From NCBI GenBank assembly GCA_036229005.1, contig JAZAMN010000052.1, positions 352,001-416,000 on the forward strand: DNA of 64,000 bases, given 5' to 3'. Numbering within the stretch: the first letter of the stretch is position 1; each line of letters starts with the position of its first letter. Of this stretch, positions 28,581 to 37,785 are shown piece by piece. Source of the DNA: Myxococcota bacterium. GTDB taxonomy: Bacteria; Myxococcota_A; UBA796; CAJQPC01. The translations under genes and the position numbers were made by a program. The notes below the pieces were generated by a model. That model searched no databases and was not told the origin of the DNA. It saw nothing but the letters and a program-made list of their open reading frames with translations.

Positions 28581-29438
28581 TCAGGGGGCCTCGGGGTAAT
28601 CCTCCGGGAGCCCCCCGAAGCGCTCGAGCAGCATGCGCATCAGAGGCTTGAGCGAGGTGTGGGTCACGCGGTCGAAGGCCTCGGGGATGCTGAACCAGCG
28701 CACCTCGCAGATGCCCTCGCCGCGGGCGGGCGTGAAGCGCTCCGGCGCGTCGTGCACGTCGATCAGGTAGACGTGGAGGCTCTTGAGGCGCGGCTCGCCC
28801 TCGGGGGTCTGGAAGCCGTAGCGGACCATGCCCAGGTTGTCGCTGATGGAGACGCTGGCCTGGAAGCCCATCTCCTCCTGGAGCTCGCGCACGGCGGCCA
28901 TCTGGGGGGTCTCCCCCGGCTCCAGCTTGCCCTTGGCGATCTCCCAGGTGGTGCCGCTGCGGCGCTCGCAGCTCACCAGGGCGAGCTCGACCTGGCCCCG
29001 GTCCCGGCGCACCAGGAAGCCGCCGGCGGAGACCTGCTCCCGGAAGCCCCGGCGCAGGTTCAGGACGTGGCGCACGGGGATGCGGTTGGCGACGTAGAGG
29101 CCGCTGCGGGTGCGGTGGAAGCGGACCCCGTCCCGCCGGGCGCGGCCTGCGTCCACGTAGAGGACCACGGGCTCGTCCGGGAAGCGGTGCGCGATGCGCC
29201 AGGCGTCGTCCTCGCTGTCGCTCAGGAAGACCTGTCGGCCGCCCGGGGCGTCCACAAAGCCCGTGCGCAGGTGGCGGTTGGCCCGGGCCCGCGTGGTGCC
29301 GTGGTAGACGATGTCCGGGACATCACAGCCCCGACCTCGCCGGCGCCGACGACGCGGGCGCTGCTGAGGGGGCGCCTGCTGAGGACGTGGCTTGCGCGTC
29401 CGAGCATCGCTTCGGCGCTTGCGCTTGCGGTTCTCCAC
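28581..29438 (-). CDS. Arg-rich tail + KptA/Tpt1 NAD-binding lobe + Nudix hydrolase fusion
   Basis: GGAGG RBS, GTG at 29438; PDIVYHGT..RQVFLS..PVVLYVDA..GVRF..GLYV..IP; then SAGG..KGKLEPGETPQMAAVRELQEEMG. Confidence 0.85.
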   Translation of the reverse strand: MENRKRKRRSDARTRKPRPQQAPPQQRPRRRRRRGRGCDVPDIVYHGTTRARANRHLRTGFVDAPGGRQVFLSDSEDDAWRIAHRFPDEPVVLYVDAGRARRDGVRFHRTRSGLYVANRIPVRHVLNLRRGFREQVSAGGFLVRRDRGQVELALVSCERRSGTTWEIAKGKLEPGETPQMAAVRELQEEMGFQASVSISDNLGMVRYGFQTPEGEPRLKSLHVYLIDVHDAPERFTPARGEGICEVRWFSIPEAFDRVTHTSLKPLMRMLLERFGGLPEDYPEAP

Positions 29439-29457
29439 GTCTGGCCTCCGGGACACC

Positions 29458-30429
29458 TCAGTGTAACCGGGAGTGAAAGTGGCGGTAGGCCTGGGCGGTG
29501 CGTTCGACCATCGCGGCTGCGGACCACTGGGCGGCGTGCTCGGCGGCGCGGCGCGTGTCGGGGCGATCGCCTGCGAGGCTGCGGCCAATCGCCTCGGCCA
29601 GCGCGTTCGGGTCCTGGGGCGCGACGAGCAGTCCGTGTGTCCCCACGACCTCGGGCACCCCACCGGCCCGCGTGGCGACGACCGGCACCCCGGCGCGCAT
29701 GGCCTCCAGCACAGCCTGCCCCAGGCCCTCCTCCTTTGAGCAGTGCACGAAGCAGTCGGCGCGGGCGAGCAAGGCGGGCACGTCTTCCCTTTGGCCGAGG
29801 AGCTCCAGCGCGGTGCCCTCGAGCTGCGGTCGCAGGGGGCCTTCACCGGCGACCAGCACCCGGACATCGGGGAGCAGCGCGGCCGCGGCAGCGAGGGTGC
29901 GGTGGTCCTTGTGGTCGACCAGCGCGCCCACCGCCAGGGCGATGCGGCCAGGCCCGAGATTGGCTGGGGGGACCGCCGGGGGTGTCTGTACGCCGTCGGG
30001 GACGACCAGGATGTCCTCGCTGGCGACCCCGCAGTCCATCAGGACCCCGCGCACCGCAGAGGAGACGGCGATGAACCCCAGAGCCCGGCAGGTCTTGAGC
30101 GCCCTCCCCCGGACCCGGAAGTCGACGCGGCGGTGCACCACGGGGCGGCGGCCAGCCCAGACGGCGAGGCTCTGCGTGCGGGAGGTGTGGGCGGCGAGCA
30201 GAGGCTCTGGGGCCCCTCGCAGCAGGGCCCAATTCCGGGGATCGCGGCCCGGGTGCATCGCGAGCTGGGGGAGCCCGGCGAGGGCCTGCGAGATGGGACT
30301 CCCAGGAACGCAGGCGATGCGCTGCTCAAAGCCCAGATCGGCGAGGCCGAGGGCCAGCAGCTCGAGCTGTCGCTGACCGCCGCGCCAGCTCAGCTCCGTG
30401 TCCAGATGGAGGACCCCAGGTGGGCTCAA
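29458..30429 (-). CDS. GT4 family glycosyltransferase (LPS core-type)
   Basis: LHLDTELSWRGGQRQ, HRRVDF, EEGLGQAVLEAM, GGVPEV; TTG start coupled to the Trm112 stop. Confidence 0.9.
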   Translation of the reverse strand: MSPPGVLHLDTELSWRGGQRQLELLALGLADLGFEQRIACVPGSPISQALAGLPQLAMHPGRDPRNWALLRGAPEPLLAAHTSRTQSLAVWAGRRPVVHRRVDFRVRGRALKTCRALGFIAVSSAVRGVLMDCGVASEDILVVPDGVQTPPAVPPANLGPGRIALAVGALVDHKDHRTLAAAAALLPDVRVLVAGEGPLRPQLEGTALELLGQREDVPALLARADCFVHCSKEEGLGQAVLEAMRAGVPVVATRAGGVPEVVGTHGLLVAPQDPNALAEAIGRSLAGDRPDTRRAAEHAAQWSAAAMVERTAQAYRHFHSRLH

Positions 30430-30590
30430 GGGGCCTTCTTGGCCGACTCGGGGTTCAGGTGCGGGATGCCCTTGAACACGGGCCAGCGCAGCTTGCAGGC
30501 GGGGCAGCGCAGGTGGGCGTCCGTCGGCTCCAGCGGGCCTCGGCACTGGGGGCAGCACAGGGCCTGCAGCAGTCGGGGGTCCAGCTTCAC
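30426..30590 (-). CDS. Trm112/YcaR family protein
   Basis: LDPRLLQALCCPQCRGPL...CPAC...GIPHL (54 aa). Confidence 0.88.
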   Translation of the reverse strand: MKLDPRLLQALCCPQCRGPLEPTDAHLRCPACKLRWPVFKGIPHLNPESAKKAP

Positions 30591-31366
30591 GGCACCTTCC
30601 AGCGGTCGTGGAGCCACAGCCAGGCTCCGGGGTCTTCGCGCACCCGCGCCTCGATCCACGCGGTGAGGGTGGCCGTATCCCGCTCCACATCGCCGCTCAT
30701 CTCGATGGGCTCCAGGCGCACCCGCAGCTTGCCCGGGGCCTCTCGGCTGATCCAGCCGCCGAACACGGGGATCCCGGTGCGCTTGTGGGCGGCGGCCGGT
30801 CCCGGGGAGGTCCACGCCGGGCGGCCAAAGAAGGGGACCGGGATCCCCTCGTTGCGGCGCTGGTCGTGCACCCAGATGAGCACCTTTCCGCGCTCCAGCG
30901 CGTCGTAGCCCTGGGCCATGGAGCCGTGGGGCGGGAGCAGCTCGAACACGCCCCGGTGCTCCTCCAGGATGGCGCGCGCGGTCGCGTTTCGAGGCGGCCG
31001 GACGAACACCGCGCTGGGGATGTCCTCGGCCAGCGTGCCCACTGCGGCCTCAAAACCCGCCGCGTGTCCCCCGACCACGATGCTCCCCAGGCCCATCAGC
31101 GAGCGCGCCCGCAGGGCATCCAGCCCGGTGGCCTCCACCTCGATCCTGTCGATCTGCAGCAGTTCCACGATGCCCAGGGCCAGGCTGGCCAGCGCCGCCC
31201 GCAGCGTAGGACCCACCGGCACCCCCGGGAGCGCCTTGCGCAGGTTGTCGACCGCGACCCGCTTGCGCACTGGCAGTACCAGCCACCACACCCAGGCCAG
31301 CAGCCAGGTGAAGCGCTCCGCCAGGTGCAGCGGGGTTCGGGCCAGGATCCAGGCCAGGGCTCTCAT
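30587..31366 (-). CDS. lpxL: Lipid A secondary acyltransferase (LpxL/HtrB family)
   Basis: GHAAGFE, DQ, VPFFG, WLWLHDRWK; lipid A operon context. Confidence 0.82.
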   Translation of the reverse strand: MRALAWILARTPLHLAERFTWLLAWVWWLVLPVRKRVAVDNLRKALPGVPVGPTLRAALASLALGIVELLQIDRIEVEATGLDALRARSLMGLGSIVVGGHAAGFEAAVGTLAEDIPSAVFVRPPRNATARAILEEHRGVFELLPPHGSMAQGYDALERGKVLIWVHDQRRNEGIPVPFFGRPAWTSPGPAAAHKRTGIPVFGGWISREAPGKLRVRLEPIEMSGDVERDTATLTAWIEARVREDPGAWLWLHDRWKVP

Positions 31367-31375
31367 CGCGGACCG

Positions 31376-33358
31376 CTACTCCAGGTGCGCTCGTGCGAAG
31401 CGTTGAAGGTGGGACTCCAGGACCTCGTCGGCGGGCGAGAGGGTCAACTTGAGCGCCCAGGCCGAGGTGCCAGGCGGTAGGCGCGGGAGGTCCTTCTCGG
31501 TGCAGATCCGCTCCCCCTCGGGCAGCTCGGCGGGGGTGAAGGGGTGGTGATCCGGGAAGGGGTGCCAGCTCTGCACGTCCACGCCCAGATCCAGCAGGGT
31601 CTGGAGGAAGCGCCCCGGTCGGGCGATGCCACAGAAGGCGGCGATGGGACCTTTGGGGCCCTGGTCCAGAGGGAGCTGCTGTCCGTCGCGGATCCAGGCG
31701 CAGGGCGTCGTGTGAACGCGTGCAGTCGGGCGCTCACAGGAGAACTCCCCTGCCCCATTGAGGACGACCAGATCCGCCCGAGCGACCGACTCCAGGCCCT
31801 CTCGCGCGCGGCCCACGGGGATCACGCCGCCGTCCAGCGGGTCCTGGGGGTCCACCATCAGCAGGGAGAGGTCCGAGCGCACGGCGTGGTGCTGGAAGCC
31901 ATCATCCAGGACCACCACTCGGGCCCCCTGCTCCTTCGCCCACTGGATGCCGGCCAGTCGGTCCGGCGAGGACACCACGTCCAGCCCGCGCTCCTTGAGC
32001 ATGCGCAGCTCATCCCCCAGGTCGCCCTCGCTCCGCACCTGAGGCCCGGGCCCCCGCAGGTAGCCCCGAGCGACCACCGCGCAGGGCATCTCCCGCGCGT
32101 TGAACCACTGCGCGATCCACGCGCTCAGGGGGGTCTTGCCGCTGCCCCCCGCGCTCAGAGCGCCCACCGAGATGACCGGCAGCGCGGCCTGGGCCCCCTC
32201 TCCCACCCGCGCCTGGGCAATGCCTGACCAGACCCGATCCAGAGGGCTCAGCCAGGGCCTCTGGGGACCGGGCGGTGGGGTGGCCCCCAGGTGCTCCAGA
32301 ATCACCGCCACGGTGGGCTCCAGCCCCGACATGGCCAGGGGCTTCACGGTGCACGCGAGGGCCCGCTGGATGCCCTCGGCCAAGCCCTGCTCGGAGACCT
32401 GGATGCAGCCCGGGTGCGCGAAGCTCTCGGGGTCGCTGTGGGTGTGTGGGCCGTGGACCACGGGGACGCCCGCGCGCAGGGCCTCCAGAGGGCTGTGGCC
32501 CCCAATCTCGGGGTCGAAGCTGCCCCCGATGACCACCGCGTCGGCCTGGGGGATCAGCGCGCCCAGCTCACCCAGGGTGTCCCACAGCAGGAGCCGGCCC
32601 AGCTCTCCCTTGGAGCGGCGGGCGAAGGGATCGGGCAGAGCGGCGGCCACGGCCTCGAAGCGCTCCGGGTGCCGGGGGGCGATCACCAGGGTCCCCTGGC
32701 CCGACCAGGCCTGCAGCAGCCTGTCCTCGTCGCCGGGCCGGGTGCTGACCCCTACGAGCACCGGGGTGTCCAGAGGGAGGTCCAAGGGGGTGAGCGCAGC
32801 GCCCTTCAGGCTCCCCACCCCTCCTCCCAGACCCGGGAGATCCTGGCGGGGGACCCAAGCGGAAACGGCGGCTTGGATCTCGGGCCACAGGGCGCTCTCG
32901 CGCAGGCGGCGGAAGCCCGGGGTGTCTCTTGTCCCCACCACGACCACGGGGATGCCTCGGGCCTTGCAGGCGCTCAGGAGGTGGGGCCAGAGCTCTTGCT
33001 CGACGCTGACGAGCACCCGCGGGCGCACCTGATCCAGCCAGGGTCCGACCACGGCCGGGAGGTCCACCGGGAGGGGCAGGCTGGCGTGGGCGCCGCAGCG
33101 CTGGGAGAGGCCGGTGTCGGAGGTGGCTGTGCGCAGCAGGAACTGCCCAGGGAGGCGGCGGCGCAGGGGCTGGAACAGCGCGCGCGCGATCTCCCCCTCA
33201 CCCATCGAGGCCGCGTGGATCCAGACCGCACCCGGCGGGACCGGCGGCACTCGCCAGCCCCAGCGCAGGGTCCAGGTCGGCCGGGTGCGGGGGTGTACAG
33301 CCATCAGGCCCGCCACCCCTGGCGCCGCGATCCCGGTCAGCAGCCGGTACCAGCTCAC
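31376..33358 (-). CDS. waaA-lpxK: Fused Kdo transferase (WaaA/KdtA) and tetraacyldisaccharide 4'-kinase (LpxK)
   Basis: WIHAASMGE, EQELWP, IAPRHPERF, DTLGEL, GGHSPLE; then PVISVGALSAGGSGKTP, RGY, GDE, LDDGFQH, GIARP, FPDHH, TEKD in one frame. Confidence 0.9.
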   Translation of the reverse strand: MSWYRLLTGIAAPGVAGLMAVHPRTRPTWTLRWGWRVPPVPPGAVWIHAASMGEGEIARALFQPLRRRLPGQFLLRTATSDTGLSQRCGAHASLPLPVDLPAVVGPWLDQVRPRVLVSVEQELWPHLLSACKARGIPVVVVGTRDTPGFRRLRESALWPEIQAAVSAWVPRQDLPGLGGGVGSLKGAALTPLDLPLDTPVLVGVSTRPGDEDRLLQAWSGQGTLVIAPRHPERFEAVAAALPDPFARRSKGELGRLLLWDTLGELGALIPQADAVVIGGSFDPEIGGHSPLEALRAGVPVVHGPHTHSDPESFAHPGCIQVSEQGLAEGIQRALACTVKPLAMSGLEPTVAVILEHLGATPPPGPQRPWLSPLDRVWSGIAQARVGEGAQAALPVISVGALSAGGSGKTPLSAWIAQWFNAREMPCAVVARGYLRGPGPQVRSEGDLGDELRMLKERGLDVVSSPDRLAGIQWAKEQGARVVVLDDGFQHHAVRSDLSLLMVDPQDPLDGGVIPVGRAREGLESVARADLVVLNGAGEFSCERPTARVHTTPCAWIRDGQQLPLDQGPKGPIAAFCGIARPGRFLQTLLDLGVDVQSWHPFPDHHPFTPAELPEGERICTEKDLPRLPPGTSAWALKLTLSPADEVLESHLQRFARAHLE

Positions 33359-33753
33359 CCCCGAGGCTCCGCTGAGGTCTCGGGGCCAGTCTGGACGGTC
33401 GTCTCGGCGATGGCCTCCTCCAGCTCCTGGACCGTGGGGCTCCAGCGGTAGGACTCCATGGGCACGCGCTCTCCTGAGAAGGTGATGCCCTCCGCCTCCA
33501 GGAGTTGCCGCTGCAGGGGGCCGCGTACGGGATCCCCCGCGAACGCGATGTGGCCGCTGCTGCGGATCACCCGTTGCCACGGCACGGGGTGCCCTTGTTT
33601 GTCCACGCCACCGGGGCCCAGGGCCGCCAGGGCATAGCCCACCTGCCGCGCTGCCCGCGCGCTCCCGCAGAGCGCCGCGACGTGCCCATAGCCGAGCACC
33701 CGCCCCGCAGGGATGGCGCGGACCACCTGATAGACACGCTGACGGAAGTTCAT
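33355..33753 (-). CDS. Alkyltransferase-like protein (ATL/YbaZ, MGMT family)
   Basis: IPAGRVLGYG, ARQVG, PWQRV (Trp replaces the catalytic Cys), QRQLLEAEG. Confidence 0.9.
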   Translation of the reverse strand: MNFRQRVYQVVRAIPAGRVLGYGHVAALCGSARAARQVGYALAALGPGGVDKQGHPVPWQRVIRSSGHIAFAGDPVRGPLQRQLLEAEGITFSGERVPMESYRWSPTVQELEEAIAETTVQTGPETSAEPRG

Positions 33754-35411
33754 GGGGAAGAGCCGGCTCCAGGGTCCACGATACGACCGTGGCTCAACTC
33801 CACCACCTGGTCGGCCTGCTCGATGAGGCCACCCCGGTGGGCGATGGCGAGGACCGTCCGGCCCTTCATCAGCGCCGCGAGGGCGCTCTGGACCATGGCC
33901 TCGGACTCCGGGTCGAGCGCGCTGGTGGCCTCGTCCAGCAGCAGGATGGGGGCGTCCGCGAGCAGGGCCCGGGCGATGCAGATGCGCTGGCGCTCTCCCC
34001 CGGACAGGCGCATCCCCTCCTCTTGCAGCGGCGTGTCGTAGCCCTGGGGCAGGGACTGGATGAAGTCGTGGGCCCAGGCCGCCTTGCAGGCCGCTTCGAG
34101 CTGCTCCTGGGTGGCGTCGGGGCGGGCGAGCAGCAGGTTGTCTCGCACGCTGGCGTGGAAGAGCACGGGGTCCTGGGTCACCACCGCGATGTGTCGCCGC
34201 AGCGAGCGCAGCGTCAGGTCCCGCAGGTCGTGGCCGTTGACCCGGATGCAGCCCGCAGTGGGGTCCGAGAAGCGCAGGACCAGGTTCAGCAGCGTGCTCT
34301 TGCCCGCGCCCGAGTGCCCGACGAGCACGGTCAGGGTGCCCGGCGCGAGCTCCAGGTCGATGTCCTCCAGCACGGGGCCGGCGCCGTAGTCGAAGGCGAC
34401 GCCCTCGAAGCGCAGCGTGCAGGACCGGGCGCGCAGCTCCGTGTCTCCGTCGGGCAGGCCGGAGTCCTCGTCGATGACCGCGAAGGCCCCTTCCGCGCCG
34501 GCCAAAGCACGGTGCGTGAGGCTCACCACCTCGCTCAGGCTCTTGAGGGGCAGGTTCATCAGCCCCAGCGCCAGCAGGAAGGCCACCAGCTCGCCGGGCT
34601 GCATGGCGTCCTGGAAGACCAGGCGCCCCCCGACGGCGATGACCACGGCCACCGCGATGGACGCCACCAGCTCCACCATGGGGCTGGGCAGGAGCTGGGC
34701 CAGGGTCGCCTTGATGGAGAGCTCAAGCTGCCTCTGGTTCTGCACCTCAAAGGCGGCGATGCGCTGCGGCTCGGCGCCCAGGGCCTGCACCACCCGCAGC
34801 CCGCTCAGGGTCTCCTGGGCGGCCGCGTTCAAGTCCCCCAGCTTGTCCAGCCGCGCGCGAGAGGCCCTGCGCAGGCGCCGTCCGAACACCCGGATGGGCA
34901 GCACGACCAGGGGCAGCACGACGAAGGCCGACAGAGCCAGCCGCCAGTCCATGTAGATCGCCGCGGCGGCCAGCCCGATGAGCGTGAGCGGGCGCTGCAC
35001 CACCGTCGCGTACGCGGAGACCAGGTACTGGGCCTGCCCCACGTCTTCGGTGAGCAGCGTCAGTCGGCGCCCCAGGGGGCGGGACTGGTGCCAGGAGGGC
35101 GGGAGCGCGAGCAGCGCGGCGAAGAGCTGCCTGCGGAGCTCGGTCACGACCTGGAAGGCGATGGTGCGCGTGATCATCGCCCGACTCACCGCCAACACGC
35201 CGTTCAGGGCGTAGAGGCCCACCACCGCCACCGGCAGCATCGCGAGGGCCGCCGCGTCCCGGGCGATCAGGACCTTGTCCAGCACCTGCTCGACCAGCAG
35301 GACCAGGGCGGGCGGGATGCCGGCCGCCACCACCATCATCGCGGTCGCCAGCACCAGCCGCCCCAGGTAGGGCCGGTGCAGGTCCAGTAGGCGCTTGAAG
35401 GTGGGGCTCAC
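33750..35411 (-). CDS. msbA: Lipid A exporter MsbA-like ABC transporter
   Basis: 6-TM domain plus GHSGAGKST, LSGGERQR, LLLDEATSALD; GTG start at 35411. Confidence 0.88.
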   Translation of the reverse strand: MSPTFKRLLDLHRPYLGRLVLATAMMVVAAGIPPALVLLVEQVLDKVLIARDAAALAMLPVAVVGLYALNGVLAVSRAMITRTIAFQVVTELRRQLFAALLALPPSWHQSRPLGRRLTLLTEDVGQAQYLVSAYATVVQRPLTLIGLAAAAIYMDWRLALSAFVVLPLVVLPIRVFGRRLRRASRARLDKLGDLNAAAQETLSGLRVVQALGAEPQRIAAFEVQNQRQLELSIKATLAQLLPSPMVELVASIAVAVVIAVGGRLVFQDAMQPGELVAFLLALGLMNLPLKSLSEVVSLTHRALAGAEGAFAVIDEDSGLPDGDTELRARSCTLRFEGVAFDYGAGPVLEDIDLELAPGTLTVLVGHSGAGKSTLLNLVLRFSDPTAGCIRVNGHDLRDLTLRSLRRHIAVVTQDPVLFHASVRDNLLLARPDATQEQLEAACKAAWAHDFIQSLPQGYDTPLQEEGMRLSGGERQRICIARALLADAPILLLDEATSALDPESEAMVQSALAALMKGRTVLAIAHRGGLIEQADQVVELSHGRIVDPGAGSSP

Positions 35412-36736
35412 TCCCGGATCTTTAGCAGGACCACGTCCCAGGCGCGCACCGCCCGGTCTCCGTCGTGGAGCACCACCTGCCCGCTCTCCCCCTCCCGCTC
35501 GTACCAGGGGTCCGAGGCGAGCTGGCTGGAGCGCCGCGCCGGACGCACGAACAGGGCCTCTTCGGGCAGCTCGGGGTCCGGGTCCCAGAGGTCGAACTGG
35601 CTCTGCCGCCCCACCCCGGGGAGCGGGCGCGCGTCCACCCCGCCGTAGAAGCGGATCAGCGCGGCCTCCTGGTAGCGCGGGGTCCACACCCGCTGGACGC
35701 CCCAGGCCTCCACCGCCGGCCCGAGCTGCTGCCCCTCCGAGAAGCGCCAGCGGGGGTCTTCGTGCAGGCTCTGCAGGGGGAAGAAGAAGTGCAGCAGCGC
35801 CGCTCCGGAGATCAGCGCGCCCAGGACGCCGCCCACCTGGACTGCGCGGCCCAGGCGCCCCTCCAAGGTGGGGAGCACCAGCAGCAGCGCGGTCCACACC
35901 GGCAGGCCCCAGTTCAGCTCCGCGTGGCTGCGGAAGCTCGCCAGCCCGAACACCAGCGCCGGGATCAGGGCCGCCCACCAGCTCGCGCTGCGCCAGCGTG
36001 GCCTCGCCAGCACCACGAAGGCCGCGATGCCCGTGATGGGCCCCAGCCAGAGCAGTTGGCCCAGGTTGAAGCCCACCCCCTCGCCCACTCCTGCCCAGTC
36101 CCCTCCCAAGCCGTGCTCTGCCTGGAAGCGCAGCGAGATGGCCCCGTGCATCAGCGACCACACCGCCCAGGGTGCCGCGACCAACAGACTCAGCAGAGGC
36201 CCCATCCATCGGCGAGGACCGGCTGGGCCAGACCGCACCAGGGAGAGCCAGAACGCGATGGGCAAGGCCAGACCGGGCAGCTTGAACAGGATGGCGACCC
36301 CCGCAAGCACCCCGGCGAGCAGGGGCCGATCCCGCTCCCAGGCGACCAGGGCCAGCAGCGTACACCCCAACAGGCCAGCGTCGGGCGTGGCCAGGATGGG
36401 GACCAGCAGAACGCCCGGGGCCAGCAGGAGCAGCACCAGCGCGCTCCGATCCGCCCGCTCCCAGAGGTGCCCCACCAGCGCCCCCAGACCCAGGCTGTGC
36501 AGCAGCACTCCGCCCAGGCGCACAGCGAGCTCGGTGTCCCCGAACAGCGCCGTGCCCAGCGCGATGGCCCAGGCGACGCCCGGCGGGTGGTCGTAGTAGC
36601 CGGCGGCCAGGGCCTCGCTCCAGGTCCAATAGTAGGCCTCGTCGGCGACCAGCCCGGGCTGTGCGGCCAGCACCAGGCGCAGGGCCCCCAGGGTGAGCGC
36701 AGTGAGCGCGGCGGCGGGCCAGGAGAAGGGCTTCAC
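35408..36736 (-). CDS. ArnT/PMT-like (GT83/GT39) glycosyltransferase
   Basis: DEAYYWTW, GYYDHPP, ELAVRL, TPD; many TM helices. Confidence 0.88.
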   Translation of the reverse strand: MKPFSWPAAALTALTLGALRLVLAAQPGLVADEAYYWTWSEALAAGYYDHPPGVAWAIALGTALFGDTELAVRLGGVLLHSLGLGALVGHLWERADRSALVLLLLAPGVLLVPILATPDAGLLGCTLLALVAWERDRPLLAGVLAGVAILFKLPGLALPIAFWLSLVRSGPAGPRRWMGPLLSLLVAAPWAVWSLMHGAISLRFQAEHGLGGDWAGVGEGVGFNLGQLLWLGPITGIAAFVVLARPRWRSASWWAALIPALVFGLASFRSHAELNWGLPVWTALLLVLPTLEGRLGRAVQVGGVLGALISGAALLHFFFPLQSLHEDPRWRFSEGQQLGPAVEAWGVQRVWTPRYQEAALIRFYGGVDARPLPGVGRQSQFDLWDPDPELPEEALFVRPARRSSQLASDPWYEREGESGQVVLHDGDRAVRAWDVVLLKIRE

Positions 36737-37785
36737 GCCAGCTCCAGGATGGCCTGACCCAGGCGCTCGGCGGCGCCCTCCCCCTGGAGGACCTCCCGGA
36801 TGCGGGGGCCGATGTCCCGCTGCGCTCCGGCGCGCTGGGTGGCCAAGAGGTCCCCGACCAGGTCCTCGGCGGAGAAGCGCTGGATGCGCTCGGGGATGGG
36901 GTGCTCGGGGAGCAGCAGGTTGGGCAGGCCGATGTGCTGGATGTCGCGGACCAGGGCGCGCCCCAGGTGGTAGGTGCTGGGCTTGGTGCGGTAGCAGATG
37001 ACCTGGGGGCGACCGGCGCAGGCGACCTCCAGAGTGGCGGTGCCGCTGGCGACCAAGGCGCCCTGGGCGGGCTCCAGGGCCTCGGCGAGGCTGTCCACCA
37101 GCAGCACGCCCGCCTCCACCGCGGGCTGGAGCAGGCGGCGATCCAGGCCGGGGGCCACGGGGAGTCGGAGCTGGCTGCCGGGGGCCTGCGTGCGGAGGCG
37201 CTCGCCCGCTTGGACCAGCGTGGGGAGCAGGCGCTTGATCTCCGAGGCCCGGGACCCAGGGAGCAGCGCCCAGTCCTTGCCGGGGGGCCCCAGCAGGGGC
37301 TGTCGGACCGCGCCGGGGTGCCCCAGAAAGCGCGCGTCTCCGCCGTGGGCCTGGAAGTACGGCGGCTCGAACGGGAACAGGCACAGCAGCAGGTCGGCCA
37401 GCGCGGCGATGCCCTTGGCGCGGCCCTTGCGCCAGGCCCAGACCTGCGGGGTGCCCAGGAGCACCACTGGGATGCCCAGGGCCTTTGCGCGCCGGGCCAG
37501 CGGCAGGTTGAAGTCCGGGCTGTCGATGCCCAGGAAGAGGTCCACGCCCGACTCCAGGGCCCGGAGCATCGTGCGGCGCAGCCCCAGGATGCGGGGGAGG
37601 GCCGCGATGACCTCGCCGACACCCATCACGGAGAGATCCTCGGTGCGGGCCAGAGTCTGGGGGTGCAGCGCCCGCAGGTGGGGGCCCACGAGCCCCTTGA
37701 GCGCCACCTCGGAGCCCAGGGTCCTGAGCACCTCGGCGCCCAAAAGGTCCCCGCTGGCCTCCCCGGCCGAGACCAGGATCCTCAC
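36733..37785 (-). CDS. lpxB: Lipid-A-disaccharide synthase
   Basis: AGEASGD, IDSPDFN, PQVWAWR, FPFE, GHP, LPGSR, SGTATLE, LPN. Confidence 0.96.
   Translation of the reverse strand: MRILVSAGEASGDLLGAEVLRTLGSEVALKGLVGPHLRALHPQTLARTEDLSVMGVGEVIAALPRILGLRRTMLRALESGVDLFLGIDSPDFNLPLARRAKALGIPVVLLGTPQVWAWRKGRAKGIAALADLLLCLFPFEPPYFQAHGGDARFLGHPGAVRQPLLGPPGKDWALLPGSRASEIKRLLPTLVQAGERLRTQAPGSQLRLPVAPGLDRRLLQPAVEAGVLLVDSLAEALEPAQGALVASGTATLEVACAGRPQVICYRTKPSTYHLGRALVRDIQHIGLPNLLLPEHPIPERIQRFSAEDLVGDLLATQRAGAQRDIGPRIREVLQGEGAAERLGQAILELA

Noticed and set aside
28581..29438. Truncated kptA pseudogene
   Set aside because: Good RBS and start codon, an uninterrupted frame into an intact Nudix box, and only 19 nt to the upstream gene, leaving no room for a lost N-lobe.
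33750..37622. 1290-aa ORF as one giant ABC transporter
   Set aside because: The upstream part is an alternative-frame read-through of lpxB and the ArnT-like gene; MsbA homology starts at GTG 35411.
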